A DNA stretch of 64,000 bases from Octopus sinensis (Eukaryota), in contig NC_043002.1 of NCBI RefSeq assembly GCF_006345805.1, positions 90,706,001 to 90,770,000 of the forward strand, read 5' to 3'. Below the pieces are notes generated by a model, which searched no databases, was not told the DNA's origin, and saw only the letters and a list, made by a program, of their open reading frames with translations. Shown one piece after another: positions 37,377 through 49,774 of the stretch (position 1 is the first letter of the stretch; each line of letters starts with the position of its first letter). Made by a program: the position numbers and the translations under genes.

Positions 37377-40318
37377 TATACATACATACATACATACATA
37401 ATACATACATACATACATACATACATATGATGGGCTTATTGAAAATCATGTACGTAATGATAGTAGTGCACTCACCAAGAAGTAGGAAATGCTAATAAAG
37501 GAGGTTGTTGAAGAGTTGAATGCGTGGCCAAGAGAAGTACTAATGCTACCAGACTCAACAGAGGGAGCTACTATTGAAATTGACAGCTATGTAGTTGAAT
37601 GACAATTAACTCATTAGCATTTGAACCGGCCATATCCAGCCCAGATTTTCCACCTGTTTTATGTTCAAGCCAGCTAGATCCAGCTTCTCACACCTACCCT
37701 ACAATGTCATTGTAAAAGTAAACAATCAGGTCTTTAAAATCTCAAAGGTACAAGATAATGCATGATAAATTCAAAGCAATGTGAATAAATAATCATTACA
37801 TTTGACAGAATAATTTAAACATTAAGGGTTTGAGGATGTGAAAGCAGAGAAATCAGCTGTTTGACACCAAGATGATGAAAATATTCAGTAAAATAAGACA
37901 CACAGTGGTTAGTAGCATAGTATAACAAGGTATAATTTCCAGTGACTGGCTTAGCAGTGTCATGAATTACCACAAGAACAGAAGAGATACACTAGAAAGA
38001 AGTAACTCTAGAGATATCAAACTGATACGGAAACAGTTTACAAAATGTTGTAGCACAACTAATTAGGAAAAGAATTAGTTTAGATGTAACGCAGTAAACA
38101 TTTATCTTAAAATTGTATACTTTGATGCTCTCTTTCTAGTATGTCAGTTACAGAAAAAAGTTCTTAGCAAAGAGCCATGCACTATACCTAGAATTTGTTG
38201 TTGTGGAAAAGCCTTTAGCAGGGCACCATGCTGTGTAACCTGTCAGTCACTAAAACATCTAGGTGTAGAAGGAAAATGTTTTATGACAACTGTGCAAGCT
38301 GTGTACTGAGATTGTGCCAGCAAAGTAGGGAGTTGACAATGAATTTAGCATATAGGGAGATTTTCATCAGGGTTCAATTCTCTGTCGATCATTAGTCCTC
38401 CAGGCCAATAAAAGAGTTCAAAAGCTGTTGTTGATGGGAACTCACATAGTTGAGGTGAGTCAAATCAGTCTTGATCAAGTAGGCTTGGGATTGTTTTTAT
38501 TGTAGAACTGTAGTTGACACGTAAAAGCACCGTCCGTTCGTGGCCGTTTGCCAGCTCTGTCTGGCCCCGTGTCGGTGGCACATAAAAGCACCATCCGTTC
38601 GTGTCCGTTGCCAGCATTGCCTGGCCCCGTGCCGGTGACACGTAAAAACACCATCCGTTCGTGGCCGTTCGCCAGCTCTGTCTGGCACCTGTGCAGGTGG
38701 CACGTAAAAAACACCCACTACACTCGCGGAGTGGTTGGCGTTAGGAAGGGCATCCAGCCGTAGAAACACTGCCAAATCTGACTGGGCCTGATGAAGCCTT
38801 CCGGCTTCACAGACCCCAGTTGAACCGTCCAACCCATGCTAGCATGGAAAACGGACGCTAAATGATGATGATGTATTAGTATGAAACAAAATGTTATTGA
38901 AAATCATGTACGTAATGATAGTAGTGCACTCACCAAGAAGTAGGAAATGCTAATAAAGGAGGTTGTTGAAGAGTTGAATGCATGGCCAAGAGAGGTACTA
39001 ATGCTACCAGACTCAACAGAGGGAGCTACTATTGAAATTGACAGCTATGTAGTTGAATGACAATTAACTCATTAGCATTTGAACCAGCATTCCAGCATGA
39101 TCATCTCACATTTTTTTTTTTTAGTAGTCACAGTGGTTTATGGCACTCTGTTGGTTACGACAATAAGGGTTTCAGTTGATCCGATCAATGGAACAGCCTA
39201 CTCATAAATTTAACATGCATGTGGCTGAGCACTCCACAGACATGTGTACATTTAATGTAGTTCTCTGGGAGATTCAGCATGACAGAGTGTGACAAGGCTG
39301 GCCCTTTGAAATACAGGTACTATTCATTTTTGCTAGCTGAGTGGACTGGAGCAGCATGAAATAAAGTGTCTTGCTCAAGGACACAACACGTTGCCAGGAC
39401 TCGAACTCATGACCTCGCAATTGTGATCTGAATGCATTAACCACTAAGCCATGTGCCTTCTCTTCAGTGTCTATATAACTACATTATATAATGTGTCCTT
39501 ACCTTCTTTTAAAAAAGGTAGAGTATGATACAAGGAATATTTGGCTGTTGTTTCTAGCAGGTCATGCAATTAGGTTTTCTTTAGTAGTAGTAGCAGCAGC
39601 AGTTGTAGTGGTGGTGGGGTGGGGTGGGGGAAGTTGTTTTGGTAAAGTGACGATTTTGGAAGTGATGAAAACAATTTTATCCAATTCAATGGGAATAGTT
39701 TCTATGACTCTGACTTCACTAAAAATGAAATGGTAAAAAAAAGCAAAAAACAAAAAAAATCCAACCTGTTAAAAATCATGTCTTCAGTTCCTCAGTGTAA
39801 ATATCCCTTTTTCTTCTATATAACAACCATTGACCATCATCCACATTTATTTCATCTTCTAAATCACTTCTTCCTTTCTTTCAAATGTTGTTGGTCTTTC
39901 AGCCTCATCGGTCTTGCTTATCTACATCTTTCTTTTCCTTCTTTCTCTCTTTCTCTCATTGCATCTCACTTTCACTTTCTCTTTCCTTAATGTCTCTCTC
40001 TCTCTCTCTCTGTATTCCCTTCATTATTTACATTCAGTTCGTTATCGTCTCATTGTATACACAAAAGCTCGTTTATTCACACCTTTTCACTTCATTATCA
40101 CAAAGTGCTAACTAGGCTCTTCATTATAGCATGTACTTCACCTTAATGAAATTCTAATTATCCACATTATCTGTTTTCTAATTCTGGAAGAGAAACAACA
40201 ACAGCAACAACAACAAACACGACATCTTTCATTCAAATTATTAACGAATACTTCTCTCTTTGATTTTGTTGATTTTGTTTCAGTATATTCTGTAACCACA
40301 AATACACATGTATGTGTG

Positions 40319-40364
<46 letters not shown>

Positions 40365-41333
40365 TGCATGCGTGCACACACACACGATAATATAAACAGC
40401 ATGTGAATGTGTATGTATCTTTTATCTTTTACTTGCTTCAGGTGTTAGACTGTGGCCATACTGGGGCACCACTTTCAAGGGTTTATTCGAACAAATCAAT
40501 CCCAGTACTTATTTTTTAAAGCCTGGCACTTATTCTATCAGTCTCCTTTACTGAATCTCTAAGTTAAGGAACATAAACAAATCAACACCAAATGTCAAGG
40601 TGGTGGTGCAGGACAAACACAAACACACACACACACGCATATATATATATATATATATATAGTACAAAGTAAGATAGGGGTTATGGGTGTAACCCACAAT
40701 GGGATATCAATTATCCAATATACTGTTGGTAAAGTACCCAAATTCTTAATACATAAATGTTTTAAATTGCAATGCAATTAATTCATTTATTGTATTAAAT
40801 GGGTGAAGATAAGGAAATATTTTTACCGTAAATTTATAATACAAATAAGAAAATAGAGAAACAAACTTAGTTCGTTCATCAACTTACAGATATTATAATG
40901 TTAGATTATTTATTCATTTTACAAATGAGAACATCAAAAGCATACAAAATATTATTTAAATCAATAGATAAGATAATAATACAAATACAGATTTTAAAAG
41001 TCATATTGTAAATTATTGAAATCCATAAACTACTTCTTACAGCTGTTTCAGCCTATGGTCAAAAGTGAATCGAATTGACATTGCCTATAGATATCAACAT
41101 ATTAGGGTTGTAGGCATTTAAAAAAATATAATACTTATATGTTAAAAGAACCATAGGCCTATGCATGTATACATATGCATGCACACAGGCTTCTTTCAGT
41201 TTCCATCTACCATGTCCCCACACAAGGCTTTGGTTGACCTGGGATTTTGGTAGCAGACACTTGATCAATGTGCTACACATGAATCTGCATCTGAAACGGT
41301 GCTATTTGGAAACAAACTACTCAACCATAAAAC

Positions 41334-41381
<48 letters not shown>

Positions 41382-41641
41382 GAGGCACGGTCGGAGGATC
41401 GTGGTTTCGATTCCCAGACCAGGCGTTGTGTGTGTTTATTGAGCGAAAACACCTAAAAACTCCACGAGGCTCCGGCAGGGGGTGGTGATCCCTGCTGTAC
41501 TCTTTCACCACTCTTTCTTCTGTTGGCCTGCTCGCTTAGCCAGCGGGGTGGCATCATTCAAAGGCTAAACAATGTGAATGCATTGTGACCAGCGATGTGT
41601 AACAACATCTGATGGTCTGGTCGGCCACGTGATCACGTGAT

Positions 41642-41689
<48 letters not shown>

Positions 41690-42902
41690 ATAAATGAGAC
41701 TGGACTGCAATAATAAAGACTGGTTATTGCCAATTCAAATATGCTTGAGGCAATCTCACTTATGAGCTCACACCACATTCTGTCTGGTTTCTGTGACTGA
41801 AGAGGAGATAACCAATCCAAAATGCCTGCATCTAACAATCTGGGTAGGCAACACTGTGAACTGATTTTGGTGTATTTACGCTATTTGCTTATAGTGAGAA
41901 ATTTTCTCTATAACAAAACACAGTGAATGACTTTCCTATGAGTTCAAATATGTCTGTCATATATGAACTGGAAATAACGTTTTATTTATACACATTACTA
42001 CTTAGCCCTGCCACTCCATAACTTCTTTCTTATGGTTATTAAATAGATTTATATTATGGATCTTTTATTGTTTATTTGTTTCAGCTATTAATCTGTGGCC
42101 ATGCTGGGGCTCTGTCTTGAATTTTTAGTCAAATGAATCGACCCCAGTACTTCTTCTTCGAAGTCCCCTACTTATTCTATTGGTTCACTTTTGCAAAACC
42201 ACTAAGTTATAGAGATGCAAACTCACCAACGCTGGTTGTCAAGTAGTGGTGTTGGCGGCGGGGGGGGGGGGGGGCAGACAGAAAGACACACACATGTAGA
42301 TATACATACATAAATGTATGTTAATTTGAATGGTTTAACGGATCCTGCATAATTAGACTTTTCTTAGACTGTTCTTTTCTTCTGAAGATTGGCCTTTGTA
42401 CTTGAAATATAAAGGTTTTTATTAAACTTACTGCATTCTCAGAAGCTGTATATTTTCTCTCTTTTTTCATTATATATATATATATATATACATGATGGGC
42501 TTCTTTCAGTTTCTGTCTTCCATATTCATTCACAAGACTTTAGTTAGCCTCAGGGAAGACATTTGTCCAAGATTCCATGCAGTAGGACTGAACTTGGAAC
42601 CATGTGATCAGAAAGCAAGCTTCTTACCACACAGCCATGCCTGTGCCTGTATACATATATATACTTATATAAATGCACACACACATTCGCACATAAATGA
42701 TGAGCTTCTTTCATTTTCCCGGTCTTCCAAATCCACTCACAAGGCTTTTAGCCTGAGTTATTAGTAGAAGACATTTGCTCAAAGTATCGTGCAATGGGAC
42801 TGAACTCAGAGCCATGTGGTTCGGAAGGAAGCAAACTTTTTACCACACTGCCATGCCTGTGCCTTGATGATGAAAAATTAATTTTTTTTGTTTCTTTTGC
42901 AG

Positions 42903-43310
42903 ATTCTTGAACAGGGTGATAATTCATCAGTAAAAAACGACGAAGAAGAAAAAGGAGAAGAGGAAGACAGCAATTCATCAAAGTCATCATATGCAGTTAC
43001 ACCACTAACCCCAAAGTCTCAGACAGTATCTTTTGTTCCTTTTGCACCGCCAAGTTCTCCTAATGGTGTTTTTGTGCCACCCCAAAATTTGCAATATGTC
43101 TCTGCATTGGCCACACTGCCCAGAACTAAGTGCCAGCCAGCATCAATGAAATTCAATGAAGAAATATATTCTCAGGTGCCAAAACGAGAAATAAGGATTT
43201 CAACGTCAGATATCCAGAAGAATGCTCTTTATGATGAGTGGCCAACATCACCCTTTGATCGAGAACTTCCTCCAAGGCTCTTATTAGCTGACCCACCTGA
43301 CTCAAACGAG
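42903..43310 (+). CDS. PLEKHH1/2: PLEKHH1/2-like exon E
   Basis: tttcttttgcAG acceptor and GAG|GTGAGA donor. 408 nt, phase 0/0, ILEQGDNSSVKNDEEE...LADPPDSNE, inside track ORF 42888..43442. Confidence 0.85.
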
Positions 43311-43356
43311 GTGAGATTCTATCATTATTGTAGCTATTATTATATTATTATTATTA

Positions 43357-43407
<51 letters not shown>

Positions 43408-43848
43408 TATTATCAATTTTATTATTAGTTAAGGTATCTTGAAATGGTATCTTTCCTTTGTAATATTCATGTGTTTAAAAAGTTTGCCTTGTGACTTAAT
43501 TCGGGTAGATGAGATTTGAGTGGATGTCTTTTGTTTTTGTATTTAGTTTACAAGATTCTTGATGTGAACTCATGTGTTGAAGCAAACTTTGTTGTATCTT
43601 GAGAGGGTCATTACGTCAATAATAAACACACACATTTATTCAATTTCACTTCTTTATTTATTAGTCAGTTGATTAGTTATTTAGCCAACTACCTAATTGA
43701 TAACTTACTTAATCAGTTAGTTTAAACAATCAATCAGTTGTTTGTCAATATCTGCAGCCTCATCAATAGCATACTCCATCCTCTCACCTCCAGGTCCATT
43801 TCAAATCTCTTTCTTTTAAATGAACTTTGTACCTGTTCTTCACTTGAT

Positions 43849-44330
43849 TTAACCCTTCTGATACCAACCTGTCTGAAACAGTTTCTGGCTCTGTAGTACA
43901 AATGTCTTGTTTGCTTAACTTTTTGAATTAAAATCTTCCACCAAACCTTAGTAACAATTTATGTTCTTAACACTAACTTAATGATAACTAAGTTATTTTA
44001 CTAAATTCTTTGGTATATTTAAAATTAATCGAAAGAAACACAGAGCATCCCAACAGAAATATGGTAATGAAAGTGTTAAAATATATGAAAGAGAAATAAT
44101 TCTTAAATCTTTTGATGCCAACCTGTCTGAAATCACCTCTGGCTCTGAAGTACAAATGTCTTGTTTTCAAAAGTTCTCAATTAAAATCTTCCACCAAACC
44201 TTAGTCGCAATTTGTTCCTAACACTGGCTTAATGATAATTAAGTTACTTTACTAAATTCTTTGTTATATTTAAAACTAATTGAAATAAACACAGAACATC
44301 TCAAAAGCAATATGGTAACAAAAGAGTTAA
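43849..44330. mobile_element. Two tandem piggyBac-type MITEs (second family)
   Basis: TTAAcccttctgatacc...gaaagtgTTAA (43849-44078) and TTAAatctttt...aaaagagTTAA (about 44103-44330), collinear. An inverted copy lies at about 30645-30847. Confidence 0.7.
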
Positions 44331-44589
44331 TCCAACCATCTATCCCTGTGCTACTTTTAGCTAAATTCACTCTGTTGGAATCATTCAGATTTGGCTACTA
44401 CTCTAAGGATACCTTCCAGTCTTTCTTCCTTACTGTCTTGAAGATCCAACAGAAACTCACCTGCTCTTGACTAAATCTTATAAAAAGAAACTGCATTTGT
44501 TTTACTGAAATATCTCTTATAAAACTGCCGTAGCAGTAACTATGGTAATTATAGTTCACTGCTAAGTATAGTAATACTTTAGTAGTCAT

Positions 44590-44797
44590 GGTAACTACAA
44601 TAGCAATACTAATTAAGGAAGCTATGTGTTTTGGTCAGTAACTATGGTAGGTATGGGAACTGTGGTAACCATGATTGTTATAACAACTGCTATATAACCT
44701 ATAATAACTATGGTAGCTTTGGTAACTATGGTAGCCATGGTAATTATGATGACGGTAGTAATTACTGTTGCTGCTGCTGCAACTACTACTACTACTA

Positions 44798-44866
<69 letters not shown>
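44590..44866. repeat. Degenerate 9-mer (gtaactatg) array grading into (ACT)n then (GCT)n
   Basis: Seen directly in the sequence. Confidence 0.8.
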
Positions 44867-44868
<2 letters not shown>

Positions 44869-45219
44869 AAAATTATGGGACTAATGTTCCATACAACAAC
44901 GGTGACTTTATGATTAGATGCAAATGGTTGGATCTGCCATCATTATTTCTCTTAATCATGTTGTTTAATCCCAGGTGGTTCAATGACCAAAGGCTTTCCA
45001 GCCATGACAGTTCTGTATTTTATGTATCATGGACTATACTGTACAATACAGCTTTCTTGAGGATGGTTGGATGTGATTTGAAGGAAATTTTACTGTTATT
45101 TCTAGTTAATTGGGTGACCACTTAGATACTCCCTAATTAACTCATCAACATACCTTTGTTGTTGCTTAGTCTCTAATTTAGATACATGTAAGCTAAACAT
45201 GGCGTTTATACATGACTAT

Positions 45220-45258
<39 letters not shown>

Positions 45259-45554
45259 GGGGAAGTGGTTTAGGAGGAGTTTGTGTGTGTGGTGGTGGTG
45301 GTGGTGGTGGTGGGGGTAATAATTGTCATTCAAAGACATTTTTATCTTTTATTCGTTCCAGTCATTAGACTGGTCTGTGGCCATGCTGGGGCACTGTATT
45401 AAAGGGTTTTAGTCAAATGAATCAACTCTAGTGGTTGTTATTTTAAAACTTAATTATTCTATCATTCCCTTATGCCAAATTGTTAAGTTCAAACTGTTAA
45501 GTTATGGGGACGTAAACAAACCAACACTGGTTGTCAGACAATGGCAGGGGACAC

Positions 45555-45725
45555 ACACACTACAACACACACACACAGCCACATCAGTCACGTACACACC
45601 ACATCACTCACATGCTCCCCACATCACTCACACACTACATCACTCATTCACACCACATAACTCATACACACCACATAACTCACATACACCACATCACTCA
45701 CACACCACATCACTCACATACACCA
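45555..45725. repeat. CA-rich minisatellite (cacaccacatcactcaca-like units) between two oppositely oriented family A SINE halves
   Basis: Repeated accacat(c/a)actcac units. SINE halves at 45343-45560(-) and 45726-45977(+). Confidence 0.75.
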
Positions 45726-47743
45726 CTGAAAGAAGCTCGTCGTATATATGTATGTGTGTGTGTGTGTTTGTGTGTCTGTGTTTGTCCCCCCCAGCATCGC
45801 TTGACAACCGATACTGGGGGTTTACGTCCCCGTAACTTAGCGGTTCAGTAAAAGACACCGATAGAATAAGTACTAGGCTTACAAAGAATAAGTCCTGTGG
45901 TCGATTTGTTCGACTAAAGGCGGTGCTCTAGCATGGCCGCAGTCAAATGACTGAAACAAGTAAAAGAGTAAAAGAGTATGTATATATGTATGAATATAAA
46001 TGTGTGTCTTTGTGTCTGTGTTTGCCTGCCACTGTTGCTTGACAACCAATATTGGTGTGTTTACATCCCCGTAACTTAGTGGTTTGACAAAAGAGACTGA
46101 TAGATTAAGTACTAGGCTAAGAAAGAATAAGTCCTAGGGTCAATTTCTTCAACTAAAAAGCTTTTTACAGTGGGGCTTCTGCATGGTCACAGTCAAATGG
46201 CTGAAACAAGTAAAAGAATATAAATATGTGCACACATGTACACAACAGGTTTGTCCAGTTTCTGTCTATTAAATCCACTCATAAGGTTTTGGTCAGCCAG
46301 GGGCTATAGCAGAAGACACTTGCATAAGGTACCATTCAGTGATACTGAATCCCAAACCATGTGGCTGGAAAGCAAACTGCTCATGCCAATAGAAATTATA
46401 TTCCCAAGCTAGGAATTGAACCCAAGTCACCTGGGTGAAGGCCAGAAATCCTAACCACTTGGTCATATGGGTAATGATTAATACAATGATAATTGTAATG
46501 ATGCTGGACATGATGATGATGATGATGATGACGACGACAACGAATTTATATACTTTTGTCTGTCAATTATTTATCCCTGTCAATTATATTTGGCTGTTAA
46601 ATGAAAGTTAACAACAAACCAATAATATCTTTGAAATTATATATCCATTATTATTATTATTATTATTATTATTACAACATATTTGATCATTTCACTTTGA
46701 TCCCACCTCATTTCTTCTATATTGCCATCATTCATCTTTATGTTCATAAAATTATAAATATTTGATGTCTATTTAAACGATTAAGTAGCTAGTTGTAAGG
46801 TTCAATATTTATAGTTAGGTAACTTGTACGACACACAAACTTATACACACACACACACACGCACATATTTAATGTAGTCATTAGTAATAACTGGTCAGAA
46901 AGTTATTGTTGATTTCACGTCTTTTGTGCACATAACAACATAGCCAACTTATCAGATTTGCTGGCCAGAGGTCAAAAGGACTGATGAGTCTTTACTAATG
47001 TAGGTAGGAATACAGGTTGTGAAAAGAATCCCTGAAAATAAAATTTTTAAAGCGTAAACGCCTCTAGGTAAGATCGAGTTATCTCCCTTTGACCAATTCC
47101 AGTTGTGTCTGAAAAGGGTTCATTTATGTACGATTTCTGTTTATTAGTCAACAAGCAGGGAATTCCATGTCAGCAGCATAAATTTTCTCTCATGAGGGCA
47201 CTGATTAAACATCTCACTTTTGGAACAACTGTTTTTATATCTATTTTTCCATACTTGTGAGAATGAGACAAATATATTTATAAGGTACTGTTTTACAACC
47301 AGAAGCCATTCCTATCCCCTAACCCTTATCTATTTCTCAATTAAGTGATCTCTTAATTCGCATGGTTCCAAAGGAGTAAAATGAGCATACAGTTTGACAG
47401 GAGAAGTAAAATCACCACCCCTACTTTTAATGAGAGTCACAGAACAGAAATGTAAGCAAATACACAATGTTAAGAATATACTCCTTATTTATATAATTTT
47501 GCTGATGTGACTTCAGCAATGGCAAAATCTTCTTTTAAGGTGATAATATGATGTAATGATGATGATGATGATGATATTGAAACTGATAAAATTTTAGCTG
47601 TATCAATTTGACAATATGAATTCTGTGAAGATATTCTATTTTTTCTTGATGCTCTGAGTAACTTTTTCAGTGTTCTTAATATATGAAATATATACTCTAC
47701 ACAATGTATTGAGTACACTTTTCTCCTTATTATCAATCCAAAC

Positions 47744-47788
<45 letters not shown>

Positions 47789-48352
47789 TTCCACATCTGC
47801 CATACACATAATTTTCAAACATTTTTTTCTACTCTTATCTCTAAGCAATGTCTCTGTGCATTCAACCGTGCTAACAATTCTTGTTATTCTCTACACCTCA
47901 TTTAATTCCATACTTTCCAATCTGTCTGTATTCTATTTCTGTTTAACCAAATACAATATACATATATTACTAAATGTTGAACTATAACATTACGGGATGC
48001 TATATGTACAAAAAAAACATCTATATGAATGTGTTTGTATGTATGTGCACGCACATGCGCACACACATACACACACACACACACACACATACACACACAC
48101 ACACACATGCAAGATATGTTGTTGACAGCAACTTCGAAGTTTCAGCCAGACGATGGCTTTACTGGCCAAAACGTTGAAGTCAATGTCAACAGCATTCTTG
48201 CTTTAGAAGAATAAATTTGTACTCAACAGAGAATAGAGTAACCCATCAGATTAATGTAAAACTGTTTTTATTATAAGTAAACATATATATATATATATAT
48301 ATACATACATGCAAGTAAGCACATAAATGCAAACCAAGGTGGACAGAATAGT

Positions 48353-48737
48353 GGATGGAAGCACTCCGTCGGTTATGACGATGAGGGTTCCGGTTGATCC
48401 GATCAATGGAACAGCCTGCTCATGAAATTAACGTGTAAGTGGCTGAGCACTCAACAGACATGTGTACCCTTAACGTAGTTCTCAGGGAGATTCAGCATGA
48501 CACAGAGAGTGACAAGGCTGGCCCTTTGAAATACAGGTACAACAGAAACAGGAAGTAAGAGTGAGAGAAAGTTGTGGTGAAAGAGTACAGCAGGGATCAC
48601 CACCATCTCTGCCGGAGCCTCGTGGAGCTTTTGGTGTTTTCGCTCAATAAACACTCACAACGCCCATTCTGGGAATTGAAACTGCGATCCTACGACCGCG
48701 AGTCTGCTGCCCTAACCACTGGACCATTGCGCCTCCA
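48353..48737 (-). mobile_element. tRNA-derived SINE (family E head, different tail) with 11 bp TSD
   Basis: TSD gacagaatagt at 48342-48352 and 48738-48748. The same tail occurs at about 39140-39460. Confidence 0.85.
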
Positions 48738-49241
48738 GACAGAATAGTACTCAAATACTAAAGGTAGAGTAATCTGCTTTTTTAATTAAAACTGCAAAAA
48801 CACCCCAAAAATCTGTTACTCAGTGTTTCACATTTCCATTCATCGGACATTTGTGATCAAGTCATATGGCTGTCTGCTGACAACTTTTTCCATCATGTAA
48901 GAATAAAATACCCAATATTTCTGCTGTTTTCACAGCTATATTGTTTTCGAAATATTACCATTTTGTCTGTATAATACAGTACACATTCGATGCTTCCAAA
49001 AAAGAAAAAGAAAAAAAAATGTTTGTTTACATATGTTGTTGCATATATATATATATATATATATATGCACATAAAAAGCACCCACTACACTCACGGAGTG
49101 GTTGGCATTAGGAAGGGCATCCAGCTGTAGAAACACTGCCAGATCAGACTGGGCCTGGTGCAGCCTCCTGGCTTCCCAGACCCCACTTGAACCGTCCAAC
49201 CCATGCTAGCATGGGAAGTGGACGTTAAACGATGATGATGA

Positions 49242-49276
<35 letters not shown>

Positions 49277-49278
<2 letters not shown>

Positions 49279-49488
49279 TCGCCATGTTGATTCACTAGCT
49301 TCTGCACGCATTTTTTTCTCTCTTTGTTTCTTTCCGTGTTTCTTTTCTGTGTATCTTTCTGTTGAAGAGCGTAGGCTCGAAACGTAAAAGACTTGTTTTA
49401 TTTATATTCCTGAGCGCCATACTAATACAATTGTTTGTTTGTATTCCACCTGCCTTCGTCTTTTGTTTATTTTCATAAAGCTTCCCGT

Positions 49489-49490
<2 letters not shown>
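49277..49490 (+). mobile_element. Penelope-like fragment in (TA)n with hammerhead-like core
   Basis: tcttt-ctg-TTGAAGA-gcgtaggctc-GAAA-cg-TA-aaaga at about 49354-49391, with (TA)n on both sides. Confidence 0.55.
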
Positions 49491-49544
<54 letters not shown>

Positions 49545-49707
49545 ACATATATCTTTGTGTATCACTAAGTGCACAGGTAACATTACTGTCTTGAAATTGC
49601 AATGAACATAGCATGATCATTTCCTTAGACTAACCTTCACAGATATACATATTTCATGAGACAAGTACTTTAATAACAACAGACTAATATCTCTTTGTAT
49701 TTTTCAG

Positions 49708-49774
49708 TCTGAACCTCTCTATGAAGAAGTATGGAAGGGAGCTAAGCATAAAAGTGGCAGAAATACATCCCCAG
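49708..49774 (+). CDS. PLEKHH1/2: PLEKHH1/2-like exon F
   Basis: ctttgtatttttcAG acceptor and CAG|GTAAGT consensus donor. 67 nt, SEPLYEEVWKGAKHKSGRNTSP plus 1 nt (phase 1), matching the entry phase of exon G. Confidence 0.8.

Noticed and set aside
37832-38340. Possible piggyBac transposase remnant with Cys-rich end
   Set aside because: Too decayed; no catalytic motif could be read with confidence.
37436-39085. LTR pair of a small retroelement (TRIM)
   Set aside because: No TG..CA ends, PBS, PPT or TSD, and the repeat ends inside a MITE.
42370-42420. ctgaaga...gaaatata hammerhead-like motif
   Set aside because: Stem II cannot be formed convincingly; too degenerate to call.
43311-43442. Hydrophobic Ile/Leu tail of ORF 42888..43442 as a transmembrane segment
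   Set aside because: Intronic (TTA)n read-through past the exon E donor.
44710-44913. ORF with poly-Ala/Thr/Tyr/Cys
   Set aside because: Translation of trinucleotide microsatellites, with no splice or homology support.
46975-47030. CTGATGA at 46981 as a hammerhead core
   Set aside because: No stem II closing onto a nearby GAAA and no stem I.
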